Of a stretch of DNA of 64,000 nt, positions 36,771 through 45,524 are shown piece after piece. The stretch spans positions 18,495 through 82,494 of the forward strand of contig JBBDIL010000018.1 in NCBI GenBank assembly GCA_040880425.1. Reading direction: 5' to 3'. The notes below the pieces were generated by a model. It did not search any database, was not told the DNA's origin, and worked only from the letters and a program-made list of their open reading frames with translations. Every line of letters starts with the position of its first letter. Position 1 is the stretch's first letter. The stretch comes from Burkholderiales bacterium. GTDB taxonomy: Bacteria; Pseudomonadota; Gammaproteobacteria; Burkholderiales; Eutrophovitaceae. Position numbers and translations under genes: made by a program.

Positions 36771-38354
36771 TCAGGCTCCGGATTCCAGACGGATACCGCT
36801 GAGCAGATCCTGCGCCAGATACTGCTGGCGGAATGTCTCGAAATCGATGGTGTCGGATGCCTCGATGTCTCGCCGCTCGGAAATGGATTCCGCCGCGAGC
36901 CGTGCAAACCGGGCCTGCGTTTCCACGGGAAACGGCGACTCCAGCATTTCGGCGCAGTAACGCCGGGATCGCTTCAGTGCAAACTGCAGATAAGAGTCGT
37001 CGTGCTTGCGAGCCATCTCGTCGAAGATGCGCGCCGAAGGCGTCAGAGAAGGATCGTCCAGCGCCGCCATGGCGGCGGACAGCGAATCGGTATAGACGCT
37101 GGCAGAGTGGGCGGCATCCAGCGCAGCAGCGATCGGCCCGCATCCACTCAGAAGTTCCGCGCCCCATTCGGACAGGCTGAGGTGTTCGCCGTGACGTTCC
37201 AGCCGGAGATCCGGATCGCGGCCGCGTTCCGCGACAAGCATCTGGTTGCGTGCGTTGGCGGCAAGTTCGCCGATGGTGTCCGGCAGGCTTTCGCTCAGCA
37301 GGCAGTACAACAGGAAGGTATCGAGCAGCCGCATCGTTTCCGCTGCGATGCCGATGGGCGTGAACGGGTCCAGGTCCATGCAGCGTACTTCCACGTATTC
37401 GACGCCACGCTCGCCAAGCGCATGCAGCGGGCGTTCGCCTTTGTGGATTCTGCGTTTCGGCCGGATGGTGCCGTAGAACTCGTTCTCGATCTGCAGCAGG
37501 CTGGTCGAGAGCTGCTTGTAGCCATCGCCGTCGCGAATACCGATCTCGGCGTATGGCGGGTAGGGCTGGGTCAGGGCGCCATAGAGCGAGCGGGCATAGC
37601 TTTCCAGGCTGTTGTAACTCACCGCGAGAGCGGATTGCGCGTCGCTCTGGTAGCCGAGCGGACCCATGCGCAGCGACGTGGCGCCAGGCAGATACAGGGT
37701 GCCGTCCTTCAGTCGCTGCAGGCCGTGCGTGCGGCCGGCGACGAAGGTCTCGCACACTGCCGGCGAGGCGCCGAACAGGTACAGCAGCAGCCAGGAATGC
37801 CGCCGGAAGTTGCGGATCAGCGCGAAGTAGGATTCCGTCTGGTACTCGCGCGCAGGACCGCCGTGGGCATCGGCCTGCTGCAGCAGCGGCCAGGCCGTTT
37901 CCGGCAGGGAAAAGTTATAGTGAATGCCGGAGATGGTCTGCATCCGGCTGCCGTAGCGGTGCGAAAGACCGTGGCGATAGACGGTCTTGGCCATGCCGAT
38001 ATTGGAACTGCCGTACTGGCCGATCGGAATTCTGTCGTCGGCCGGCAGCTTGCACGGCATGCTGGTGGACCACAACATCTCATCGCCGATTTGCCGATAG
38101 ACGAACTGGTGGATCTCGGCCAGTTCCTGCAGGCAGTCGTCCACGCCTGCATGCACGCCGGTGATCAGTTCCAGCTGCGACTCGCTGAAATCCGTGGTGA
38201 TGTTCGGGTGGGTGAGCGGCGAACCGAGTGCCGCCGGGTGCGGCGTGTCGGCCAGCGTGCCGTCGGCATTCACGCGCAGGCTCTCTTTTTCGATTCCGCG
38301 GCGGAGATTGCGCAGGGCTTCAGGTGTGAGTACGCGTAAGCGCTTGGTTAGCAT
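36771..38354 (-). CDS. gshA: Glutamate--cysteine ligase (E. coli type)
   Basis: 'RGIEKESLRV', 'TDFSESQLELITG' and 'ISGIHYNFSLP' are GshA signatures. The track ORF up to 38672 is an extension through three REP copies. Confidence 0.95.
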   Translation of the reverse strand: MLTKRLRVLTPEALRNLRRGIEKESLRVNADGTLADTPHPAALGSPLTHPNITTDFSESQLELITGVHAGVDDCLQELAEIHQFVYRQIGDEMLWSTSMPCKLPADDRIPIGQYGSSNIGMAKTVYRHGLSHRYGSRMQTISGIHYNFSLPETAWPLLQQADAHGGPAREYQTESYFALIRNFRRHSWLLLYLFGASPAVCETFVAGRTHGLQRLKDGTLYLPGATSLRMGPLGYQSDAQSALAVSYNSLESYARSLYGALTQPYPPYAEIGIRDGDGYKQLSTSLLQIENEFYGTIRPKRRIHKGERPLHALGERGVEYVEVRCMDLDPFTPIGIAAETMRLLDTFLLYCLLSESLPDTIGELAANARNQMLVAERGRDPDLRLERHGEHLSLSEWGAELLSGCGPIAAALDAAHSASVYTDSLSAAMAALDDPSLTPSARIFDEMARKHDDSYLQFALKRSRRYCAEMLESPFPVETQARFARLAAESISERRDIEASDTIDFETFRQQYLAQDLLSGIRLESGA

Positions 38355-38452
38355 TGAATTCCAGCTTTGTCTTGTACATGTCGTTTGTCGAATGGGCTGC
38401 AAGGTGCCTGAACCCGGCGTAAACGGCAAGAGCGAGGGGTATGGGCAAGGAT

Positions 38453-38538
38453 GACACCCCTTCGGGTGCATATGAGGCGGAAGGCGGACACCCCTTCGGG
38501 TGCATGTGAGGTGGACACCCCTTCGGGTGCATGTGAGG
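38453..38538. repeat. Three tandem REP hairpins
   Basis: GACACCCCTTCGGGTGCAT(A/G)TGAGG occurs at 38453, 38487 and 38514, with stem CACCC/GGGTG and loop CTTC. Confidence 0.9.
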
Positions 38539-38673
38539 CGGAAGGATGAAAGCCGGACCGATGGCTGAGTGGTGGGGACCGAGCGAAAACGGTGTCGGCG
38601 GGGGCGGGAAACGGCGTTAAGGTATGCGGGCAGGAATCTGCCGGTTCGTTCTGGATAGAGGAGAGGGAGCACT

Positions 38674-39393
38674 ATGCGTTATGAGTTGTTTTACTGGCCT
38701 TCGATACAGGGGCGTGGGGAGTTCGTGCGGCTGGCGCTGGAAGAAGCGGGAGCGGATTACGTGGACGTGGCGCGGCGGTCGGGGCGCGGCATGGGTGTAT
38801 CGGCGTTGATACGCATGATGGAAAGCGGCGGGCGTGCGCCGTTCGCACCGCCTTTCCTCAAGGCCGGAAAACTGGTGATCGCGCAGACCGCGAACATTCT
38901 GATGTACCTGGGACCGCGGCTCGGCCTGGTGCCGAAAGCGGAAGCCGGCCGTCTGTGGGCGCACCAGTTGCAGCTGACGGTGACGGACTTCGTGATGGAG
39001 GTGCACGATACGCATCACCCGATCGCTGCCGCGCTCTACTATCACCAGCAGAAACCGGAAGCCCGCAGGCGCACGCGGTTTTTTCTCAGGGAACGCGCGC
39101 CCAAGTACCTGGACTATTTCGAGGCGGTGCTGCAGGACAACTCGAAAGGCCGCGGCTGGATGATCGGCCGCGAGCCGACCTACGTGGACCTGTCGATGTT
39201 TCAGATCGTCGAAGGGTTGGGTTATGCCTTCCCGAAATCGATGCAGCGTGTTGCGCAAAACTATCCCGGCCTGCTCGATCTGCACCAACGCGTGGCGTCG
39301 CGCCCGAACATCGCCGCCTATCTTGCCTCGAGGCGGCGCATACCGTTCAACGAGGACGGCATCTTCCGGCATTACCCGGAACTGGAAAGTTAG
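38674..39393 (+). CDS. Glutathione S-transferase family protein
   Basis: 'YELFYWPSIQGRGEFVRLALEEAG' has N-terminal GST-fold character. It is divergent from gshA. Confidence 0.8.
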   Translation: MRYELFYWPSIQGRGEFVRLALEEAGADYVDVARRSGRGMGVSALIRMMESGGRAPFAPPFLKAGKLVIAQTANILMYLGPRLGLVPKAEAGRLWAHQLQLTVTDFVMEVHDTHHPIAAALYYHQQKPEARRRTRFFLRERAPKYLDYFEAVLQDNSKGRGWMIGREPTYVDLSMFQIVEGLGYAFPKSMQRVAQNYPGLLDLHQRVASRPNIAAYLASRRRIPFNEDGIFRHYPELES

Positions 39394-39479
39394 TCCGTAT
39401 CCGGCGCCGCGCGCCCGCGCACCCGGCAGTCCGTTGAAACCGGACTGTCTTCCGGATCGCGGTTGAAAGAAGCGCGAAA

Positions 39480-39695
39480 CGTGGAGGACGCGGAGGAGAA
39501 CCCGAAGAGCGAAACACACAACACGCCGCATCGCGGTTTGTTGAGGAGCGGGCTCACGTTTGCGAAGCCAACGTGATGCCAGCGCCAAAGGCACGAAGAC
39601 ACGAAGAAATACAAGAACAAAAAGATCGATCTTCTTTGCGCTCTTTGCGCCTTTGCGGTGAGATCTGTTTTGGGTTTTCCTCCGCGTCCGCAGCG
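39480..39695. repeat. Nested composite element containing 90-bp element copy 2
   Basis: Outer inverted arms are GTGGAGGACGCGGAGGAGAACCC (39481-39503) and GGGTTTTCCTCCGCGTCC (39672-39689). Inside are 39509-39598 (copy 2), CACGAAG and CTTTGCG units, and the AGATCGATCT palindrome. Confidence 0.8.
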
Positions 39696-39768
39696 TCCGT
39701 GTTGAGCGCGTTGAACTGACCGAATAATCGACAGCTGGCTCGTCAATCCAGCGGGATTCAACAAACGG

Positions 39769-40308
39769 CTAACGGGTCTCGAGCATCTTTTTCAGGTGGG
39801 CCAGCGACTCGGAATAGATGCGGTTGAACGCCGCGATCAGCGTTTTGTCTTCCTGCCCGGCCGGCGCCTGATCGGTCCAGTAGGTGAGGCGTCTGAAGCG
39901 CGCACTCCATTCCACACGGGTCTTGTCGTTGCCCAGATCGCGCACGCTCATGGTGGCGAAGTAGTCGCTGACCAGCGGCTGGCCGCCGGCATAGGTGTAG
40001 GTATAGGTCATGTTCCAGGGGTCGTATGCGATCAGCTTCTCCTCCACCCGGGTGCCATTCAGGCGCCTGAGTTCACGCATGCAACCGACGCGACGGTTCT
40101 CGCCGAAGATGAGTCTGCTGGATTCGATGTACGGAAACCAGTAATCCAGCGCCGCAAAATCGCTGACCACCTCCCATACTTTGCCGGCGGGTGCATCGAT
40201 CTCGATGCTGTGCGCGACCGACAGTTCCGGCGCCTTCGACAATGCGGACGGTGAACTAAACAGGCAGGCGAGCGCCAGGGCGGGCACAAAGGTAAACAAC
40301 TTTTTCAT
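39769..40308 (-). CDS. SRPBCC (START/polyketide-cyclase-like) family protein, secreted
   Basis: Signal peptide 'MKKLFTFVPALALACLFSSPSALS'. 'IDAPAGKVWEVVSDFAALDYWFP' is the SRPBCC signature. Confidence 0.8.
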   Translation of the reverse strand: MKKLFTFVPALALACLFSSPSALSKAPELSVAHSIEIDAPAGKVWEVVSDFAALDYWFPYIESSRLIFGENRRVGCMRELRRLNGTRVEEKLIAYDPWNMTYTYTYAGGQPLVSDYFATMSVRDLGNDKTRVEWSARFRRLTYWTDQAPAGQEDKTLIAAFNRIYSESLAHLKKMLETR

Positions 40309-40449
40309 GGTTCATCTCCAATTCGATCTGCAGAACAGTTGCGGCTCACGCGTGCCGCGGAACGCGGCGACAGCGGTTACGGCGGAAGGGTAACCAATCC
40401 GCGGCTGGCGGAACAGCCTCGCCCGCAAATTCGCTGCGAGCGTTTCCTT

Positions 40450-40478
40450 TTGGCTCGCCGCGCAAGCCCGGGTATGAT
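40450..40478 (+). promoter_or_regulatory. Putative sigma70 promoter for the cupin gene
   Basis: TTGGCT (40450-40455), a 17-nt spacer, then TATGAT (40473-40478), about 30 nt upstream of ATG 40509. Confidence 0.35.
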
Positions 40479-40508
40479 CGCGTCAGTTCATTCAGCAGCC
40501 AGACAGCC

Positions 40509-40802
40509 ATGTCGAATTCGCGCCCGAAAGCAGAACCGACGGTTCAGATCGATAACGAGAGGGTGATTGTTACTGAATGGCGCTTTTCCCCTGGCGCCGA
40601 AACCGGGTGGCACCGGCACGGGCATGACTACGTGGTGGTGCCGCTGACCGACGGCAAGCTCCTGCTGGAAACGCCGGACGGCGAGCGCGAAGCGCAGCTC
40701 GTGACCGGCGTGCCTTACTTCCGCAACGAAGGGGTGGAGCACAATGTGGTGAACGCCAACGATTTCGAGTTCGTGTTCGTCGAGGTTGAAATCAGGAAGT
40801 GA
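40509..40802 (+). CDS. Cupin domain protein
   Basis: 'GWHRHGHDYVVVPL' and 'NEGVEHNVVN' are cupin motifs 1 and 2. Confidence 0.8.
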   Translation: MSNSRPKAEPTVQIDNERVIVTEWRFSPGAETGWHRHGHDYVVVPLTDGKLLLETPDGEREAQLVTGVPYFRNEGVEHNVVNANDFEFVFVEVEIRK

Positions 40803-40884
40803 CAACTGACCGGCGCGCCTTGCGGGCCGCAACCCATACGATTCATAACGCCCGCTTGCGACTGGAAAACGAAAACGGAGAAAA

Positions 40885-41235
40885 ATGATCACGATTCAGC
40901 ACGAAGGGAAGCTCACGGTGGTGGGCATGTACGGTCGGCTCGAGCTCGCCGATTTCAGGAAGTTCGAGGAAGAAGTCGTGCAGCAGATTGCGACGACCGG
41001 CCAGATCGACCTGCTGGTGGATTTGCAGGGCATGGTCGGCTACACGCTTGACGTGGCGCTCGAGGAACTGAAGTTCACCCGCGAGCATGCGCGCGACGTG
41101 GGCAAGATTGCGATCCTGAGCGAAAACGAAGGAGTGGCGTGGACTGCGTTGCTCGCCCGCTTTTTCGTCAAGGCCAGGATCCGCGTGTTCGACAGCGAAA
41201 GGGGCGCGCGCGAGTGGCTGGAAGAGCAGGGCTGA
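40885..41235 (+). CDS. STAS/SpoIIAA-like (DUF3478-type) protein
   Basis: 116 aa. The pattern 'G(K)LTVV...DLLVDLQGMVGYTLDVALEELKF...VGKIAILSENEG' resembles the SpoIIAA-like family. Confidence 0.65.
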   Translation: MITIQHEGKLTVVGMYGRLELADFRKFEEEVVQQIATTGQIDLLVDLQGMVGYTLDVALEELKFTREHARDVGKIAILSENEGVAWTALLARFFVKARIRVFDSERGAREWLEEQG

Positions 41236-41275
41236 GAGGAGCGCGGGACCGGGTGTTGCGGGTTGACTGAACGGT

Positions 41276-41309
41276 GAGATTGCCGCGGGCCTGCGGCACT
41301 CGCAATGAC
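41276..41309. repeat. Solo hairpin module GAGATTGCC...CTCGCAATGAC
   Basis: GAGATTGCCGCGGGCCTGCGGCACTCGCAATGAC. Confidence 0.7.
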
Positions 41310-41373
41310 AGCCTGGGGTGCGGCGGATGGCTTGGGCAAAAGTGAGAGAGGGAAGCGCGAAGCCGGGGGCTGA

Positions 41374-42288
41374 GTGACGAGACCAGGATCGAGGCGGGTG
41401 GTTTGTGTCGGGCACGCGGCGCTGGACCGCATCTTTGCCGTGGACTCCTGGCCCGATCACAGCGCGAAGATCGCCGCCAGCCGCTATGAAGAATCCGGTG
41501 GCGGAATGATGGCGAACGCGGCAGTCGCGATCTCCCGGCTAGGCGGCGAAGTTGCGTTGTGCGGACCGCTCGGTGAAGACGCGGTCGGCCCTGTGATTCG
41601 CGCGCAACTCCAGGCCGAAGGCGTGAATGTTGACGCACTTCGAAGCTTCCCCGGGATGACGTCTTCCCACTCCGCGGTTCTGGTCGATGCGCGCGGCGAG
41701 AGGCTGGTGATCGGTTATCGCGGCAGTGCATTGCATGCTCCTGCCGACTGGTTGCCGCTCGACCCGCCGGCGTCGGCTGCGGCCGTGCTGGTCGACGTGC
41801 GCTGGCCGCAGGGTGCGGAAGCGGCATTGCGCGCAGCGCGGGATGCGAATGTTCCGGCGATCCTGGATGGAGAGGTTGCGCCTGCCGGGCTGCTCGATTC
41901 CCTGTCCGCGATTGCGGATCACGTCGTCTTCTCCGAGCGCGGCCTGGCGGAATGCTCCGGGCTGGATGTCGAGGGCGGATTGCGTCGCGTGCTGGCGAAA
42001 GGCGCGCGCGTGGCGGCTGTTACGCGCGGAGCGGCGGGTGTGTTCTGGGTTGAAGGCGATGCGCCGCACGAACTCAGGCATTGCCCCGCATTCGATGTGA
42101 CCGTAGTCGACACCTTGGCCGCGGGTGACGTGTTTCACGGCGCCTATGCGCTCGCCATTGCTGAAGGCCGTCGCACAGGCGACGCGATGCGATTCGCCTC
42201 CGCCGCCGCGGCGATCAAATGCTCGCGCCCTGGCGGCCGCGGAGGCGCGCCGACACGGAGCGAAGTGGAAGCCGTCCTGGTTCGCTAG
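41374..42288 (+). CDS. PfkB-family carbohydrate kinase
   Basis: 'VVCVGHAALDRIF', 'GGGMMANAAVAISRLGG' and the C-terminal 'DTLAAGDVFHGAYA' (PfkB signature 2). GTG start at 41374 or 41398. Confidence 0.85.
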   Translation: MTRPGSRRVVCVGHAALDRIFAVDSWPDHSAKIAASRYEESGGGMMANAAVAISRLGGEVALCGPLGEDAVGPVIRAQLQAEGVNVDALRSFPGMTSSHSAVLVDARGERLVIGYRGSALHAPADWLPLDPPASAAAVLVDVRWPQGAEAALRAARDANVPAILDGEVAPAGLLDSLSAIADHVVFSERGLAECSGLDVEGGLRRVLAKGARVAAVTRGAAGVFWVEGDAPHELRHCPAFDVTVVDTLAAGDVFHGAYALAIAEGRRTGDAMRFASAAAAIKCSRPGGRGGAPTRSEVEAVLVR

Positions 42289-42304
42289 TCTGGAAACTCG
42301 AACC

Positions 42305-42463
42305 GTTCACCGCAAAGCCGCGAAGGACGCAAAGGAAGACCTATAACTGCACTAACCACCAAGGACACCAAGCGCACCAAGAAAACCTTTGCTGTTCAAG
42401 ATCTCCTGCTGGTTCGATCTGATTTTGACTTTCCTTTGCGTCCTTCGCGGCTTTGCGGTGAAC
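42305..42463. repeat. Perfect 33-bp inverted repeat with 93-nt spacer between convergent genes
   Basis: GTTCACCGCAAAGCCGCGAAGGACGCAAAGGAA (42305-42337) and its exact reverse complement (42431-42463). The spacer holds CACCAAG-type units. Confidence 0.9.
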
Positions 42464-42473
42464 CTGGCCTTCT

Positions 42474-43439
42474 TTATGTTGTCCGCAGGAAATCCAGCAG
42501 CAGCGCGTTGACTTCGGCGGGACGTTCCTGCTGGATCCAGTGGCCGGCGCCGTCGATGATTTCGCACACGCGCAGGTCGTCCATCCAGCGTTTCATGTTG
42601 TCGACCAGGTCGACATTGGGGACGAACCTGAGCACCTTGTCGCGGCTGCCGGCGATGAAGCAGGCCGGGCGGACGATGCGCGCGCCGTTCAGCGCGGTGA
42701 GGCGTTCCCAGTCGCGGTCCTGGTTGCGGTAGCGGTTGAGCGGGCCGCGAAAACCGCTCTGCTCGAACTGCGTGACGTAGTAGTCGAGATCCTGCTCGTT
42801 CAGCCACGCCGGCAGGATCTGTGGATCGGGGAGATCGTCCAGCATGCGCGCATCCGGCGGCTTGTCCTTGCGGAAAATACCCCTGGGCGCGTCGCCCGAG
42901 CCGGCGTAGTAAAGTTTGCGCAGTGCGGTGCGGATGTCGGCTTCGAACTCCGCTTCCGCAACGCCCGGTGTCTGAAAGTAGAGCTGATAGAAGAATCGGC
43001 CCGGATACAGCTGGCGCCACAGCGCGGTCGACGAGATTTTGCCCCTCGGCGAGTACGGCACGCTCAGCGCGGCGACCGCGCGCACGCGGTCCGGATGGAG
43101 GGCGGTGGTGTTCCACACGATCGGCGCGCCCCAGTCGTGGCCGATCAGGACAGCCTGCCGCTCGCCGAAATGGTCGATCAGTCCGAGCGCATCGCCGATC
43201 ATGCTCTCCATGTCGTAGGCTTCGACTGCTTCCGGCTTGTCGCTGCCGCCGTAGCCGCGCACGTCGGGCACCACCACCCGGAATCCCGCATCGCGGAGCG
43301 GGCCGATCTGGTGGCGCCACGAATACCAGGACTCCGGCCAACCGTGCACCAGTATCGCCAGCGGCCCGTCGCCCTCGACCACGCAACGCAGGCGGATGCC
43401 GTTTACCGGGATAATCTCGAACTGCTCACTTTGCCGCAT
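42474..43439 (-). CDS. Alpha/beta hydrolase (epoxide-hydrolase-like)
   Basis: 'LVHGWPESWYSWRHQ' and 'GHDWGAP' (nucleophile Asp). The track start at 43583 is an extension through repeats. Confidence 0.9.
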   Translation of the reverse strand: MRQSEQFEIIPVNGIRLRCVVEGDGPLAILVHGWPESWYSWRHQIGPLRDAGFRVVVPDVRGYGGSDKPEAVEAYDMESMIGDALGLIDHFGERQAVLIGHDWGAPIVWNTTALHPDRVRAVAALSVPYSPRGKISSTALWRQLYPGRFFYQLYFQTPGVAEAEFEADIRTALRKLYYAGSGDAPRGIFRKDKPPDARMLDDLPDPQILPAWLNEQDLDYYVTQFEQSGFRGPLNRYRNQDRDWERLTALNGARIVRPACFIAGSRDKVLRFVPNVDLVDNMKRWMDDLRVCEIIDGAGHWIQQERPAEVNALLLDFLRTT

Positions 43440-43456
43440 GGCGGACCCTCGGATGG

Positions 43457-43664
43457 GAAAAGCGAAACACGAAGACGCGGAAAGAACCGATAACACGATC
43501 TCAGAGCAAAGGTGCAAGGCAGGCGCCAGGAGCACAAAGAAAAAAGCGAAACACGAAGGCACGAAGACACGAAAAGAACCCAAAACACAATCTCAGCACA
43601 ATGAGAATAGATATTAAGCGTATTTAGTTTTTCTTCGTGTCTTCGTGCCTTCGTGTTTCGCTCT
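43457..43664. repeat. CACGAAG-octamer hairpin element with duplicated left arm
   Basis: Two direct copies of AAAAGCGAAACACGAAG...AAAGAACC.A.AACAC.ATCTCAG (43457-43510 and 43542-43601). The inverted arm is TTTCTTCGTGTCTTCGTGCCTTCGTGTTTCGCTCTT (43629-43664), with an AT-rich loop. Confidence 0.85.
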
Positions 43665-43684
43665 TACGCTTGAATTACAAACGC

Positions 43685-45211
43685 ATGAACATTGCCAACC
43701 TTCTCGCTCGCACAGCGCGGGTATTTCCGGACAATCCGGCGGTCTCGCTCGGCGAGCGCGTATGGATCCGATACGGCGAACTCGCGCGGCGCGTCGCGAC
43801 GATGGCCGCTGGACTGCGGCAACGCTTGCGCCTGCAGCCGGGTGACCGGGTTGCGCTGGCGATGAGCAACTGCCCGCAGTATATCGAACTGCTGTACGCG
43901 GCCTGGCACGCTGGACTGGTGGCGGTGCCGATCAATGCCAAGCTGCACCCGCGCGAGTTCGAATTCATCCTGCAGGATTCCGGCGCGCAGGTCTGCTTCG
44001 TCACAGCGGATCTGGCGCAGGCGATCGGCACGTGTGCGGTGCCACGCCTGGAGCGTGTGATCGAGACTGGTTCGCGGGAGTATGCCGCGTTGCAGGACGC
44101 GGATGCGCAGGTTCCCTCTTATCCTTCCGGGCCGGACGATGTCGCATGGCTGTTCTACACCAGCGGTACCACCGGGCGGCCAAAGGGCGTGATGATCACG
44201 CACCGCAACCTGCTGTGCGCGACCCTGTGCTACTTCGCGGATGTCGACAGCATCGCTGCGCAGGACTGTATCGTGCACGCGGCGCCGATGTCGCACGGCT
44301 CGGGCATGTACGATTTTCCGCACGTATTGGCGGCGGCCAATCAGGTGATTCCGGAGAGCGGACATTTCGATCCCGCGGAAGTCTTCTCGCTATGCTTGCA
44401 CTGGTCCGGAGTCACCCTGTTCGCGGCGCCGACCATGGTGCACCGGCTGGTGCAGCACGCGCGCAGCCATTCGCCGTCTTTGGACGGCCTGAAAACGATC
44501 GTCTACGGTGGCGGGCCGATGTACCTGCAGGACATCAAGTCCGCGCTCGAGACGATGGGGCCGCGCTTCACGCAGATCTACGGGCAGGGCGAGGCGCCGA
44601 TGACGATTACCGCGCTGTCGAAGTTTCACCTCGGGAACCGGAGCCATCCCCGTTACGAACAGCGGCTGGCGTCAGTCGGCGTCCCCCAGTCGGCCGGGGA
44701 AGTCAGGGTCGGAGATGCCGATGATCGTTCCCTGCCGGCCGGCGAGATCGGCGAAGTGCTGGTGCGCGGCGAGGTGGTGATGCGCGGCTACTGGAACAAT
44801 CCGCAGGCGAGCGACGAGACCTTGCGCAATGGCTGGCTGCATACCGGCGATGTCGGTTCGCTCGACGAGGACGGCTTTCTCACGCTGCGGGACCGCTCCA
44901 AGGACATGATCATCAGCGGCGGATCGAACATCTATCCGCGCGAGGTGGAAGAAGTGCTGCTGCGACATCCCGCGGTGAGCGAGGTATCGGTGGTGGGGCA
45001 CGCGCACCCGGAGTGGGGCGAGGAGGTGGTGGCCTTCGTGGTGCTGCGCGACGGCGCGCAATTGACGGACCGAGAACTGGACGCGCTGTGTCTGGATCAT
45101 ATCGCCCGCTTCAAGCGGCCGAAGCGTTATCACTTCGTTTCCGGGTTGCCGAAGAACAACTATGGCAAAGTGCTGAAGACGGCGTTGCGGGAGAGATTGG
45201 AGCGGGGCTGA
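43685..45211 (+). CDS. AMP-dependent acyl-CoA synthetase/ligase
   Basis: AMP-binding motif 'LFYTSGTTGRPKGV', 'GYWNNPQA', 'WLHTGDVG', 'GGSNIYPREVE'. Confidence 0.9.
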   Translation: MNIANLLARTARVFPDNPAVSLGERVWIRYGELARRVATMAAGLRQRLRLQPGDRVALAMSNCPQYIELLYAAWHAGLVAVPINAKLHPREFEFILQDSGAQVCFVTADLAQAIGTCAVPRLERVIETGSREYAALQDADAQVPSYPSGPDDVAWLFYTSGTTGRPKGVMITHRNLLCATLCYFADVDSIAAQDCIVHAAPMSHGSGMYDFPHVLAAANQVIPESGHFDPAEVFSLCLHWSGVTLFAAPTMVHRLVQHARSHSPSLDGLKTIVYGGGPMYLQDIKSALETMGPRFTQIYGQGEAPMTITALSKFHLGNRSHPRYEQRLASVGVPQSAGEVRVGDADDRSLPAGEIGEVLVRGEVVMRGYWNNPQASDETLRNGWLHTGDVGSLDEDGFLTLRDRSKDMIISGGSNIYPREVEEVLLRHPAVSEVSVVGHAHPEWGEEVVAFVVLRDGAQLTDRELDALCLDHIARFKRPKRYHFVSGLPKNNYGKVLKTALRERLERG

Positions 45212-45524
45212 GTCAGGCGGCCGCGCGGCCGGCCTTAGTTGCTCGCCGCGGTGGCGCAGAGGGCGCCAGGAAATGCGGCGAAACACGAAAGCAGCAGAAA
45301 AAACTGAAGCCAAGCGTGAGCTATATTCTTACAATCCGTGCAACTCGGCACATAAGTAACAACTTCTTCCCGGCACATGAGTAATACTTTTTAGTGAAAG
45401 GTCGGCGGCAGACAGGCCCACCGGCTCACCGGCGAGCACACGCCGGATAGTATTCCCGACAGCGCGCGCGCGAGTCGGGCGTCGCGCTTACGTAGTGTCA
45501 AGCTGAGAAAAGGCGGCAAAGCCA

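Noticed and set aside
38453-38538. Possible mini-CRISPR array (three 25-bp direct repeats)
   Set aside because: The gaps between repeats are only 2-9 nt. The repeats are self-complementary REP hairpins found singly elsewhere. No cas genes are present in the window.
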